From: Saprospiraceae bacterium
GTDB lineage: Bacteria > Bacteroidota > Bacteroidia > Chitinophagales > Saprospiraceae
Assembly: GCA_045110315.1 (NCBI GenBank)
Contig: JBGCFY010000046.1
Coordinates: forward strand, 49,016 to 113,015
Direction of reading: 5' to 3'
Length of the DNA stretch: 64,000 nucleotides
Both the position numbers and the translations under genes were made by a program. Position 1 is the stretch's first letter; each line of letters starts with the position of its first letter. Below the pieces are notes generated by a model. That model was not told the DNA's origin, made no database searches, and saw nothing but the letters and a program-made list of their open reading frames with translations. This document shows positions 37,041 through 47,479 of the stretch, piece by piece.

Positions 37041-38087
37041 CTATTCTTCTCCTGCCGTTTCCATTTTGGCACTAGTTCGTCGTTGCTCCCAAGCCCAAGC
37101 TGTACGCATAATATCTTCAATGTTTCGTTTTGGCTCCCAAGCCAGTTTTTCTGCGGCTTTAGCATAATTGGCGTAGATTGAAACTACGTCTCCTGCTCTT
37201 TTGGGACCGATACGATAATTTAACTTTTGTCCGGTAACTTTTTCAAATGCATGAACTGCTTCTAGCACCGTTACCCCTTCTCCGATAGCAAGGTTATACA
37301 CTTCACCGTTCGCTTCGTTATCTCCACGGAGTAAATACTCCAAAGATTTCGTATGCGCATTTGCCAAGTCCATGATGTGAATATAATCTCTTACACAACT
37401 TCCATCCCGTGTATCATAATCATCTCCAAAGACAACCAATTCCTTTCTTCTTCCCGCGGCAACTTCCGTAATGACGGGCACCAAATTACTGGCAGCATTA
37501 ATCGGAGATTCACCAAGTAAAGCACTTTCATGTGCACCCGCAGGATTAAAGTAGCGCAACAAGATTGCATTACTATGCTGATGCTTCGTCAAAAAATCAC
37601 TAATAATATGTTCTCCCATCTGCTTGGTTCGAGCGTAAGGGCTTTCCGCCACTTCCATCGGACTTTCTTCGGTCACGGGCAATGTTTTTGCATTTCCATA
37701 AACAGAACAAGAAGAAGAAAAAATCAAATGCTCCACTGCAAATTCTTCCATGCAGTGCAAAATATTGAGTAAACTATTCAAATTATTGTTAAAATAAAGC
37801 AATGGTTGATCGACGGATTCGCCAACACTTTTCAAGGCGGCAAAGTGAATAATTCCAACAATTCCTTCATTTTCTTGAAAAAGTAGACGTGTTTTTTCTA
37901 AATCACAAAGATCAAAAGTATAATTTTTAACTTTCGTGCCCGTAATTTCTTCAATGCCTTGCAAGGCAGATTGATCGGAATTGATGTTACTATCTACCGA
38001 GATCACTTCAAAACCATGATTCAATAAATCAATTATGGTATGACTTCCAATGTAGCCACAGCCACCCGTTACTAAGACTTTCTTCAT
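37041..38087 (-). CDS. galE: UDP-glucose 4-epimerase
   Basis: MKKVLVTGGCGYIGSH (Rossmann), YARTKQMGE (YxxxK), and the overall GalE layout. 348 aa. Confidence 0.9.
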   Translation of the reverse strand: MKKVLVTGGCGYIGSHTIIDLLNHGFEVISVDSNINSDQSALQGIEEITGTKVKNYTFDLCDLEKTRLLFQENEGIVGIIHFAALKSVGESVDQPLLYFNNNLNSLLNILHCMEEFAVEHLIFSSSCSVYGNAKTLPVTEESPMEVAESPYARTKQMGEHIISDFLTKHQHSNAILLRYFNPAGAHESALLGESPINAASNLVPVITEVAAGRRKELVVFGDDYDTRDGSCVRDYIHIMDLANAHTKSLEYLLRGDNEANGEVYNLAIGEGVTVLEAVHAFEKVTGQKLNYRIGPKRAGDVVSIYANYAKAAEKLAWEPKRNIEDIMRTAWAWEQRRTSAKMETAGEE

Positions 38088-38269
38088 TTTTATAAATTTA
38101 AATCAGATCTCTCCATATCTAGACAAAAAGTTTATTCTACAAGAACTTCCAAGGCTAAAACTTATTGCTTGCTATAATTTTAATACCTTTGCAAAAATAA
38201 ACAAATAAGTAATTCACAAAATTAATTGAACGGCTTATATTGAAGTTGCTTTACCCTTAAACGCTAGTT

Positions 38270-39055
38270 ATGGAGCTTTTAAAACTCGTCCGTAAGATTA
38301 TTCCAATTGCTAAAGATGCTGGCGCAGCAATTTTAGCAATTTATCACGCGGATCAAATTATAATAAAACAAAAAGCTGACCAATCTCCTTTGACACTTGC
38401 CGATCAAAGAGCAAATGAAATTATTTGTCGAGCGCTCACTGCACTTCCCGAGCAATTTCCGATTATTTCAGAAGAAAATAAAAGTATTCCTTATGAAACG
38501 CGGAAAGATTTTGAATACCACTGGCTCGTTGATCCACTTGATGGTACCAAAGAGTTTATCAAAAAGAATGGAGAATTTACGGTAAATATTGCTTTGATTC
38601 ATCAGCAACAGGTCATTTTAGGTGTGGTGTATACGCCTTGTAGCGATGAATTGTATTGGGCCGTAAAAGGAGAAGGTGCTTTTTTACTTAAAGATGGACA
38701 AGAAAAACAGCTTGCTGCGAGTAATTTCAAGATGAAGGACGCCGCCCTCAACATTGTTTGTTCTCGGTCCCACTTAAATGAAAGCACTTCGAATTTCATT
38801 GCTCAATTCACCAGTCCAAATTTAGTGGCAACCGGAAGTTCCCTTAAATTTTTAATTATTGCTGACGGAAAGGCTCATATTTATCCTCGCTTAGCGCCAA
38901 CGATGGAATGGGACACGGGTGCTGCTCAGATCATTTTGGAAGAAGCGGGCGGTTCAGTCATTGATCAAGTTACCCAACAGCCCTTACGTTACAATAAGGA
39001 GAATTTGCTCAATCCTCATTTTATTGCATTCGCAAAATATTCTCCCCAAAATTAG
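38270..39055 (+). CDS. cysQ: 3'(2'),5'-bisphosphate nucleotidase
   Basis: SEE..., WLVDPLDGTKEFI and WDTGAAQIILEEAGG, which are inositol monophosphatase/CysQ family motifs. Confidence 0.85.
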   Translation: MELLKLVRKIIPIAKDAGAAILAIYHADQIIIKQKADQSPLTLADQRANEIICRALTALPEQFPIISEENKSIPYETRKDFEYHWLVDPLDGTKEFIKKNGEFTVNIALIHQQQVILGVVYTPCSDELYWAVKGEGAFLLKDGQEKQLAASNFKMKDAALNIVCSRSHLNESTSNFIAQFTSPNLVATGSSLKFLIIADGKAHIYPRLAPTMEWDTGAAQIILEEAGGSVIDQVTQQPLRYNKENLLNPHFIAFAKYSPQN

Positions 39056-39060
39056 TCGGC

Positions 39061-39810
39061 ATGAAAGCTTTATCCGTAGTTATTATTGCCAATAACGAGC
39101 GAGAAAATATTCCTAAATGTATTCGTGCCGCGCAGCAATTAACCGAAGACATCGTCGTGGTAGATTCTTTTAGTACGGATGATACGGTTGACGTTGCTCG
39201 AGCCCTAGGTGCTCGGGTTTTTCAAAAGGAATGGGCGGGTTATGCACAAAATAAAAATTACGGTAACCAGCAAGCCAAATATGATTGGATTTTATCTATT
39301 GACGCTGACGAGATTTTATCCAAAGAATTAGTCCAATCCATTGAAACGCTAGATTTGCAAAAGGAAACCGTTTATTCCCTTGATCGACTCAATAATTTTT
39401 GTGGGCAATGGATTAAACATTGCGGTTGGTATCCAGATTGGAAGAAACGAATTTTTAATCGAAACGAAGTTCAATGGGAAGGAGATTATGTCCACGAAAT
39501 ATTAGCCGTTCCTGCTCAATTTAAAGTTAAAAAACTTCGAGGTATTCTCTATCATTATTCTTATGATAGCTTAGAAGATCACGCGTCGAGATTGCAAATT
39601 TATGCTAAGTTAGCAGCCGAGGATTTGCACGCACAAGGCAAAAGCGTTGGCCCCTTAAAACTTTGGTTTTCGCCCATTATCCGTTTTATCAAGACCTACT
39701 TTTTAAAATTGGGTATTTTAGATGGAAGAAATGGTTTGATTATTAGTCGGAGTGATGCTTATCAAACCTATCGCAAGTATGAGCTTTTGCGAGAGCTTAA
39801 TCGTAAATAA
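39061..39810 (+). CDS. family 2 glycosyltransferase (LPS-core type)
   Basis: LSVVIIANNERENIPKCI..IVVVDSFSTDDT and SIDADE (DxD). 249 aa. Confidence 0.85.
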   Translation: MKALSVVIIANNERENIPKCIRAAQQLTEDIVVVDSFSTDDTVDVARALGARVFQKEWAGYAQNKNYGNQQAKYDWILSIDADEILSKELVQSIETLDLQKETVYSLDRLNNFCGQWIKHCGWYPDWKKRIFNRNEVQWEGDYVHEILAVPAQFKVKKLRGILYHYSYDSLEDHASRLQIYAKLAAEDLHAQGKSVGPLKLWFSPIIRFIKTYFLKLGILDGRNGLIISRSDAYQTYRKYELLRELNRK

Positions 39811-39822
39811 TAAATAGTTAAG

Positions 39823-39866
39823 TACTAAGACAAATTTTTTTTACCATTAAGTTGTGTTAGTACTTA
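39823..39866. repeat. palindromic intergenic repeat, copy B (GTACTAAG family)
   Basis: tactaagacaaattttttttaccattaaGttgtgttagtactta matches copy A at 43/44 positions. With its flanks, the arms AAGTACTAAGACAA and TTGTGTTAGTACTT pair over 14 bp with 1 mismatch. It sits between convergent stops at 39810 (+) and 39896 (-). Confidence 0.8.
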
Positions 39867-39895
39867 GTAAATCGAATAGCACTTTGATTGAGCAC

Positions 39896-40927
39896 CTACC
39901 ACTTTTCAGTTAAAAAATTCAAAAATTGCTGTTGTTGTACTTCACCGTAACTTTCAAAAAAGGGATTGCGATAATTTTCTTGCGGATTATCTTGATCGGG
40001 AATAACGTAGTCGACGTCTGCTTGATCTCCAAAAACGCCCCATCGAGTAGGCGATTGTGAGGCTTTAGCGGGATAGAGGGCGATGATTTTCTTACCCAAA
40101 CTACCTGCGATATGTGTCGGTCCAGTAGAAGAGCCGATGTATACATTTCCTTGATCGATTAGCGCTGCTAAATTCAGTAAACTTCCTTCATTTGCAAAGA
40201 CAAAAACTTTTAGATAGTTCAGTTTTTTTTGCATCGCTAGCGCACGCACTTCATCAGGTTTAGCGCAGGTAATGATAATTGTAATACCGGGAAATTTTTC
40301 TACGATTTTTTGTTGCAAGGCGACGTACTGATCATCCGTTATATTTTTGGCAGAACCGCCCATGAAAGGATGAACGATTAGTATTTTACCTGAAATATCG
40401 TTTTCCTTTAAAAATTGCTGCGCTACGGCAGCGTGGCTTTTTTCGTAGAAAATATTCGTATTGACTTCGTAGCAATTATCGAAACGTGATGGATCTAGGC
40501 TTCGAACTAAATCGAGGTTATAAGCCGCTTCGTTTTTGACGGACACAGAACGCTTTTGTCGTAACCCGCGATTATAAGCAAAAAAAGAACTTATTTTAGA
40601 GTATGGTCCTACCCGAATTGATGCGCCAGATTTGCGGGCAAGTTTTGCGACAAAGCTATTCGAAAAGAGCGCGACAAAAGCATCTGCTTGAAAAGCTTTG
40701 ATTTTTTTAACTAAAGCTTTTTCCTCATAATCATCAATTTTAATCACTTCGTCGATATATGGCAAGTTTTTAACAATCCCGTAGTTGTAATTTCTTACCA
40801 AAACACCTAGCTTCACAGAAGGATACATTTTGCGAATCATGTAAAAACTAGGCACCGACAATACGAGGTCACCAATCTTATCGGTACGGGCAATTAAAAT
40901 ACTTTTGATAGCCATTGATTTTGACAT
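39896..40927 (-). CDS. family 9 glycosyltransferase (heptosyltransferase-like)
   Basis: ILIARTDKIGDLVLSVPSF near the N-terminus and GSSTGPTHIAGSLGKKIIALY near the C-terminus, typical of GT9 LPS core enzymes. Confidence 0.8.
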   Translation of the reverse strand: MSKSMAIKSILIARTDKIGDLVLSVPSFYMIRKMYPSVKLGVLVRNYNYGIVKNLPYIDEVIKIDDYEEKALVKKIKAFQADAFVALFSNSFVAKLARKSGASIRVGPYSKISSFFAYNRGLRQKRSVSVKNEAAYNLDLVRSLDPSRFDNCYEVNTNIFYEKSHAAVAQQFLKENDISGKILIVHPFMGGSAKNITDDQYVALQQKIVEKFPGITIIITCAKPDEVRALAMQKKLNYLKVFVFANEGSLLNLAALIDQGNVYIGSSTGPTHIAGSLGKKIIALYPAKASQSPTRWGVFGDQADVDYVIPDQDNPQENYRNPFFESYGEVQQQQFLNFLTEKW

Positions 40928-41198
40928 TATTTTAGTACTCAGGTAAGTGGTAATTATTGACTTTAAACCACGTTTTTTAGCTTGAAAAACTACAATATTA
41001 CTTAAGCTTCATTGGTTTGAGAAAAACTACGTATTAATACTAGTCGGCATATACTTAATACTATCCAAAAAGCGTTTATCTTGGAATTATTATTACATCC
41101 GATAACTAACACTTTTGCTGATCTTTTTCCACGTAAGTGAATCCCTTGCATCAAACACAACTTAACTTTAGCAAAAGTAAATATAAAATCTACTAAAT

Positions 41199-41675
41199 TT
41201 GAAAAAGTTCTTATTCTTATCTTTCCTAATTTTGCCCTTGTTTATTTCAAGTTGTAAAAGTTCGAAGAAATCGACGGCAAGTTCCCCAAAATCAACTAAG
41301 ACAAAATACGGTGTTCAGTTTACGAAATCGCCGACGTTAACTAAAATATTATCTAAAGCAGAAGCAGAAAATAAGTTAGTGTTTGTGGATTTTTATACCA
41401 GTTGGTGTTTGCCTTGCAAAATGATGGACGAAGATGTTTTTCCTGATCGGGAAATTGGAAAATTTATGAATAAAAACTTTATCAGCTATAAAGTAAATGG
41501 AGAAAAGGATAATGGTATCAATTTAGCTTTTCTATTCCAAGTCAATACTTATCCAACACTTTTATTTATCGATCAAAAAGGAAATGTCCTCGAGAAAAAA
41601 ATTGGAGCGGCGTACCATACTGAATTAAGAAGTATGGGGGAACGTGCTATGGCAAAACACAACCAACAATTATAA
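41199..41675 (+). CDS. thioredoxin-fold lipoprotein
   Basis: TTG start. Lipobox LFISSCKS. CxxC in VDFYTSWCLPCKMM. Confidence 0.75.
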   Translation: MKKFLFLSFLILPLFISSCKSSKKSTASSPKSTKTKYGVQFTKSPTLTKILSKAEAENKLVFVDFYTSWCLPCKMMDEDVFPDREIGKFMNKNFISYKVNGEKDNGINLAFLFQVNTYPTLLFIDQKGNVLEKKIGAAYHTELRSMGERAMAKHNQQL

Positions 41676-41689
41676 ATAAATAAATAAAT

Positions 41690-42112
41690 ATGAAAACGCT
41701 TCGTCCTTTTCACTTAGCAGTCCCCGTCCATGATCTTGATGCCGCGAGAAAATTTTACGGCGAAACCTTAGCTTGTCCAGAAGGGCGAAGTAGCGATCAT
41801 TGGATAGATTTCAACTTATTTGGGCATCAGTTTGTCGCACATTTACAAGCTGACATGGAAGTAAAATTAACTCACAATTCCGTAGATGGAAAAGCGGTTC
41901 CGGTGCCGCATTTTGGAGTGGTACTCGATTGGGCAGATTGGGAGACGTTGGCAAAACGTTTACAAGTACAGCAGATAGAATTTGTGATTGAGCCTTGCAT
42001 TCGGTTTGCGGGGCAGGTGGGCGAGCAAGCAACGATGTTTTTTCTTGACCCTTCAGGCAATGCGCTAGAGTTTAAAGCTTTTAAAGATATTGATCAATTG
42101 TTTGCAACGTAA
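41690..42112 (+). CDS. VOC-family (glyoxalase/bleomycin-resistance/dioxygenase fold) protein
   Basis: 140 aa. Shows [21 protein letters not shown] ... HFGVVL ... [15 protein letters not shown]. Confidence 0.75.
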   Translation: MKTLRPFHLAVPVHDLDAARKFYGETLACPEGRSSDHWIDFNLFGHQFVAHLQADMEVKLTHNSVDGKAVPVPHFGVVLDWADWETLAKRLQVQQIEFVIEPCIRFAGQVGEQATMFFLDPSGNALEFKAFKDIDQLFAT

Positions 42113-42178
42113 GGAAGTAAACTAGGCATTAAAACGGTCCCAGAGTTACTTCGTTTCAGTTGAGGGCTTTCCGCCCGA

Positions 42179-43987
42179 TTACGTTTTTTGCTGGTCGAAA
42201 TGTTTACGTATTTTTTGAGCGGCAGCTTTGCCGATTAGCGTCGTCAATTCTGCCTCCGGAACTTCCTTGATTTTTTTGACCGATTTGAAATGAGTCAGGA
42301 GTTTTTCTGAAGTCTTTTCTCCAATACCTGCAATCTCCGTCAATTCCGTTTTCGTAAAATCTTTAGATCGTTTATTCCGGTGAAAAGTAATCGCAAAACG
42401 GTGAGCTTCGTTTCTAGCCTGCTGAATAAGTTTAAGCGATTCTGATTTTTTATTGATGTACAAGGGCACGGGATCATTAGCAAAAAATATTTCCTCCAAT
42501 CTTTTTGCAATTCCGATCACCGTCAATTGATCTAGAATCCCTAGCTTCTTCAAACTCTTCACTGACGAACTCAACTGCCCCTTACCACCATCAATAATTA
42601 CCAATTGAGGCAAGTCTTTCCCTTCGTCTAACATTCTTTTGTACCGTCGGAAAACAACCTCTTCCATCGACGCAAAATCGTCAGGTCCTTCGACCGTTTT
42701 GATATTAAAATGGCGATAATCTTTTTTGGCGGGTTTTGCATTTCGAAAAACGACACAAGACGCAACGGGATAAGCACCCTGAATATTAGAATTATCAAAA
42801 CACTCTATGTGGAAGGGCACTTCTTCCATTTGTAAATCATTTTTTAACGTCTGTAAGATACGCTCTGCGGAACCTTGCTTATTCAATTTACTAAGTTGCT
42901 GCTTTTGTTTTTGCAACAAGAAGTATTTAACATTTTTTTCCGAAAGTTCTAGCAATTTTTTCTTGTCGCCAATTTTAGGAACGATGACCTTCAAACCTTC
43001 TTCCGTCAAATTCACCCGAAAGGGTAAAATTAATTCTTCGGCAGTACTAGAAAATTTTTCACGCAAGTCTGTAATCGCATAACTCAACAAATCTTTTTCT
43101 ACGTCATTTAGATTTTTCGTCATTTCCAGAATATAGGTATGAATAATGGAGCCATTCACAATTTTGAGGTAACTCACATACGCTTGTTTTTCGTCCGAAG
43201 CGATGGAAAAAACATCTACATTGCGAATTGTAGTACTGACGACCGTAGACTTTCCTTGGTAATCTTCAAAAGCACTAAGTTTGTCTTTCGCCATTTGGGC
43301 TTTTTCAAATTCCATCAACTTCGCATAATGATCCATTTCTGCGTAGAGGTAGTCCTTTACACTCTTAAAATTTCCTTTTAGAATATTTTTTATTTGCTCA
43401 ATTTTATCATGATATTCTTTTTCTTCTTCGAAACCGACGCAAGGTCCTTTACAATTTTTAATGTGGTATTCTAAACAAACCTTAAACTTTTCTTTTTCGA
43501 TGTTTTCTTGACTAAGATTAAAGTTGCACGTCCGTAATGGGAAAAGACTTTTGATTAATTCTAAAATGATTCCTACTCGATATTTTGAAGGATAAGGACC
43601 AAAGTATGACGAGCCGTCTTTGATAACTCGCCGAGTGAGAAAGACACGTGGGAAGCGTTCTTTTTTGATACAGATATAGGAATAAGTTCGACCATCTTTC
43701 AACATCACATTATAACGAGGTTGATATTTTTTGATCAATGTACATTCTAGCAATAAGGCATCCTGTTCTGTTTCGACGATTGTATATTCGAAATGAGCAG
43801 CTTTTTTAACCAGCGTTTTTGTCTTCTGGCTATGGTGTTTTTTACTTCCAAAGTAAGACGCTAAACGGTTCTTTAAGTTTTTAGCTTTACCCACGTAAAG
43901 GATAATTCCTTCCGGTCCAATAAACTTATAAACCCCCGGATCTTTCGGTAAGGTTGGTAATAATTTTTTATAATCTTCCGTTGTCAT
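42179..43987 (-). CDS. uvrC: excinuclease ABC subunit C
   Basis: GIY-YIG block GVYKFIGPEGIILYVGKAKNLKNRLASYF, a UVR domain, an Endo V-like domain and C-terminal HhH. 602 aa. Confidence 0.95.
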   Translation of the reverse strand: MTTEDYKKLLPTLPKDPGVYKFIGPEGIILYVGKAKNLKNRLASYFGSKKHHSQKTKTLVKKAAHFEYTIVETEQDALLLECTLIKKYQPRYNVMLKDGRTYSYICIKKERFPRVFLTRRVIKDGSSYFGPYPSKYRVGIILELIKSLFPLRTCNFNLSQENIEKEKFKVCLEYHIKNCKGPCVGFEEEKEYHDKIEQIKNILKGNFKSVKDYLYAEMDHYAKLMEFEKAQMAKDKLSAFEDYQGKSTVVSTTIRNVDVFSIASDEKQAYVSYLKIVNGSIIHTYILEMTKNLNDVEKDLLSYAITDLREKFSSTAEELILPFRVNLTEEGLKVIVPKIGDKKKLLELSEKNVKYFLLQKQKQQLSKLNKQGSAERILQTLKNDLQMEEVPFHIECFDNSNIQGAYPVASCVVFRNAKPAKKDYRHFNIKTVEGPDDFASMEEVVFRRYKRMLDEGKDLPQLVIIDGGKGQLSSSVKSLKKLGILDQLTVIGIAKRLEEIFFANDPVPLYINKKSESLKLIQQARNEAHRFAITFHRNKRSKDFTKTELTEIAGIGEKTSEKLLTHFKSVKKIKEVPEAELTTLIGKAAAQKIRKHFDQQKT

Positions 43988-44055
43988 AATCGCGTATCAT
44001 CTAAAGGCATCATTCTTTACCGTACAGCTAACGTTAACTTTACGAATGAACGACC

Positions 44056-45507
44056 TTACGATTTAGAGTTTTCTAATTTTTCCATGAGCCATTCCTTTTC
44101 GGCAATGACTTTAAGTTCGTTAATCTTTAAAGCAATTTTTCCTATTCTTTGTTCATTGCCTTTGGTTTTAGGATTTCTAATTTGTCGCAAGACGTCAATA
44201 AAATTATTATTTCCTTGTCGTTGAATATCAGAAATCATTTTTTTGGAAAGTCGATAAATAAAAATTTTGAAGGCATCCATTTTAGCATCAAGGATCGTGG
44301 AATTAGTTTCAAAAAAGATCTTTATTTCAAGTCGTTTTGCAATAATTTTATAATAAAAATCTTCGTAATGATCTACTAAACAAGTCAAAGCTTGGTCGTA
44401 ATCCTGAATGGCAAAATAGTAACTAGCTAGGTTAAATTCGTAGCTATCCTGCGGATGATTCGTCCCTACAATTCGATTTTTATACGCGGCTAAGAAATTA
44501 TATACCCAATCGAATTCTCCTAACTTCAAGCCAAAAGCAACAATATTTCTAAAGGTACTTTGCAGCAACCCTCCGTGGTAGGAAAGGTAATCTTTTTTTA
44601 GATGAAGTTTATACAAATCAAATGCTTCCTTCAAAAATCCTTTTTGTCCTTTGTTGTATTGTCGCACACAAAAATTTCGACATAACGCTTGTAGCGGTTT
44701 GAGTTGATCAATCGGCAATAAATCTTCGTGCTGAATGAGCAAGGCTTTCAATTTGTAAAAAGCATTATCATTTTCTGCTTCTTGCAAGAGCATAAATGCC
44801 TGGTAGTAAATAGCTACAATCGGAAGGTCTAAATAACTTTCGAGATAGCCTAAGGTAGGAATCGTTTTAAAGGGCGCCAAACTATTTTTCACTTCTAAAG
44901 GAATCTGGAATTTATTTTGTGCGAGTAACCAACAAGCATATTCTAGTTTGGTAATTAAGTAATATACATCTAAACTTTTGAGGGTACTTGGCAGGTTGAG
45001 ATCTTCTTTTCTTTTATTGTAAAAACTTTGATATTCTGAAAGCTCTCGTTCTGTCTGAAAGCGATAATAATAATATTTTTTGTCTTTCGTTTCTTGTTGA
45101 TCTAACGCTTTACGCAATTGCTTAATCGTTTGATGAAAACTATCTCCTAATTCTCGCTGTCGATAAAACCTAGCTTGGATCAACATTTCTTCCACTTCTT
45201 GTTCTTTCAACGTAGCGTAATGGACACTAATAAAACGCTTAAGGAGTTTCAGAAGGCTCGTCATGACCTTATCTAATTTGGCCGTTTTGAAAGTTTGATC
45301 GGGGAATAGTGCTTGGTGAATATTTTCTTTACTCAGGAGTTCTTGATCAAAAGAAGGAAAGCAGGCGCTAATAATCTTAAAAAGCAAGATTGCATCTCGA
45401 CGACGTTCTCCATTAACAAAATAAGGAGAAGCCAAGAAAAGATCAAATTTTGCCAATTCGTCTTTCTTGAGCACTTTAATAATACTCAATAATTTACTTT
45501 TGTGCAT
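44056..45507 (-). CDS. large all-helical hypothetical protein (TPR-like)
   Basis: The track starts at GTG 45600. ATG 45505-45507 (MHKSKLLSIIKVLKKDELAKFDLFLASPYF...) is more likely, because 45540-45582 forms a 10-bp palindromic element. I recognise no family. Confidence 0.55.
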   Translation of the reverse strand: MHKSKLLSIIKVLKKDELAKFDLFLASPYFVNGERRRDAILLFKIISACFPSFDQELLSKENIHQALFPDQTFKTAKLDKVMTSLLKLLKRFISVHYATLKEQEVEEMLIQARFYRQRELGDSFHQTIKQLRKALDQQETKDKKYYYYRFQTERELSEYQSFYNKRKEDLNLPSTLKSLDVYYLITKLEYACWLLAQNKFQIPLEVKNSLAPFKTIPTLGYLESYLDLPIVAIYYQAFMLLQEAENDNAFYKLKALLIQHEDLLPIDQLKPLQALCRNFCVRQYNKGQKGFLKEAFDLYKLHLKKDYLSYHGGLLQSTFRNIVAFGLKLGEFDWVYNFLAAYKNRIVGTNHPQDSYEFNLASYYFAIQDYDQALTCLVDHYEDFYYKIIAKRLEIKIFFETNSTILDAKMDAFKIFIYRLSKKMISDIQRQGNNNFIDVLRQIRNPKTKGNEQRIGKIALKINELKVIAEKEWLMEKLENSKS

Positions 45508-46128
45508 AGTTAAGGTCGTAATTAATAGACTGGCTTTACGACTTAGTACATTGAAGTTCTTTTCAAAAATGGGTACTAAGTCTTTCCTTAAGTCATTCAC
45601 AAAGTTAAATTAATGCTCATTTTTCGTGAACGACTTAGATCATTTCTAATCAAAAGTCTAAAATAAAAATGCCATGCTTTATATTATTTGGGAGAGAATT
45701 AAGAAAAAATGTAATAGAATTTAGCCCTTATTCAGCGTATCTTTAACTCATCTTTAAAATTACCCCTTAATACATCGTAGCGTAATTAACCCTTCATTTT
45801 GAAGTTTACTTAATCTATGATGTAGATACTTATCCCTTTTACCACTAACAATTACACTAACTTATTGCAAATTCAGTAGAATTTATTTGAATTAGATCTA
45901 CCGCGTACTTCCTAACGGTATTACGGTAAAGGCAGTTCATTCAATGCTAACTAAATACATTGGTATGTTAAGATTATTTGCGTTTTACCTGCTTTTGCTT
46001 CCATCATTGCCAAGTCTTCCATTTACTGATTTACAAATTGGCCGTGTTTACTCAAGCTTGATACAAAAGTAGCGTTTAAAACGCTCAAATAACTTATCTT
46101 ACAAGGTACTAAAAAACTAAACTAACTT

Positions 46129-47355
46129 ATGAAGAATTTAACTAACCGACTTATTCTATTTGTCTTTTTCTTTGCGGGTGTAGGATATTCCACCCTCTGG
46201 GCACAAGCCAAAATCCCTTTCAAGCCCAGTTCTGCTAACGAAGTTATGCAACACCTTGATTACCGCTATGGCAATATTATTCAAGCAGATCTTTTTGACG
46301 TTTATGCCATGCTTTCCAATGAGTTATCAAGTAATTACAATAGTGAGCTTGAACTGCCCCAACCGAATATTCGATACATGACGCCTACTAGTGTTAGCTT
46401 CCACTGGGAACATATGCCTTCTGTAAAACACGTCAATGTCCAATATTTCAATTTAAGAACCGGCGTAGCCGAGCGTATTGATAACATCCAAGTAGATTCT
46501 GTGATACTCAATTTTCTACCCGCAGACCCTTTTCTATTTGCATTTCAGGGGATTGGTTTAGAAGATTCTAAAGGTGGTTTCAATCTGATGTTAGCAGACC
46601 GTTCCTTTAATTTTATCATCGTCGACAAAGATGTTTTGCGCTCCGATATTCCACCTCCTTATATGTTATGCACTTGCAATGCAGGAGGAGTTGTTAGTCA
46701 ACACAACACGCACCGCGACCTTTTCAATACCATTTTTGTTCCTTTTACTAGACCTTGCGTCAGTACGAAGTATAACCTGAACATCACAGCCATGACCGCT
46801 ACGAACGAAATTCGTTACCTGTCTTTAGATTTTGTACATGATCAAAATAGCTATACGGCTCCTCGCGTTCACGGCTTGAATTATTGCACCAGTCCTACTG
46901 ATCCAGACCAACCATATAATCTCGGTATTCAGGGGGTTTGTGAAACAATTGTCACCAATAAAGGTGTGATGGTATATTTTAACAAAACAACTGTTGTCGA
47001 AGTAGATTTCACCCCTTCTACCTGTAATTGCGAAGGTTTCACCAAAGAAACGGAAAAAGACAAACGTTCAAATAGCAATACACTAATGGGAGCCCTAAAA
47101 ATAAAGAGTTTCCCAAATCCTGCAGATCAATATACAAACTTAAGCTATACACTACCGCAAGATGGACCCGTCAATATTACACTTTATAATCCCCTTACAC
47201 AAGAAGCACAATATTTAAAACGAGCAGCATTCCATACTGCTGGGGCATACAACTTTTCCTTCCCTACGGATCAACTTACCGCAGGCATATATGACTGCGT
47301 GATAGAAGTCAACGGAAAAGTCAAAACGACTCGCATTGTAAAAATCAAAGACTAA
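46129..47355 (+). CDS. secreted Cys-rich protein with T9SS C-terminal sorting domain
   Basis: Has a signal peptide. The C-terminal ~80 aa are FPNPADQYTNLSYTLPQDGPVNITLYNPLTQE...AGIYDCVIEVNGKVKTTRIVKIKD, the Por/T9SS CTD pattern. Ten Cys residues lie in the passenger region. Confidence 0.7.
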   Translation: MKNLTNRLILFVFFFAGVGYSTLWAQAKIPFKPSSANEVMQHLDYRYGNIIQADLFDVYAMLSNELSSNYNSELELPQPNIRYMTPTSVSFHWEHMPSVKHVNVQYFNLRTGVAERIDNIQVDSVILNFLPADPFLFAFQGIGLEDSKGGFNLMLADRSFNFIIVDKDVLRSDIPPPYMLCTCNAGGVVSQHNTHRDLFNTIFVPFTRPCVSTKYNLNITAMTATNEIRYLSLDFVHDQNSYTAPRVHGLNYCTSPTDPDQPYNLGIQGVCETIVTNKGVMVYFNKTTVVEVDFTPSTCNCEGFTKETEKDKRSNSNTLMGALKIKSFPNPADQYTNLSYTLPQDGPVNITLYNPLTQEAQYLKRAAFHTAGAYNFSFPTDQLTAGIYDCVIEVNGKVKTTRIVKIKD

Positions 47356-47444
47356 GATAAATCCTTTTGAAATAGAAAGATTAGCATTGACAACAACGCT
47401 ACCTTTGTTGTCAAGTCCATAAGCTTTGTATCACCTCTCAATAC

Positions 47445-47479
47445 AGTCCTATTCTACTCGTGTAGATGGGACTTTTTTT
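47445..47479 (+). terminator. intrinsic terminator of the 46129..47355 gene
   Basis: AGTCCTATTCTAC pairs with GTAGATGGGACT (one bulge, GU pairs) around the loop tcgt. It is followed by TTTTTTT (47473-47479). Confidence 0.7.
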
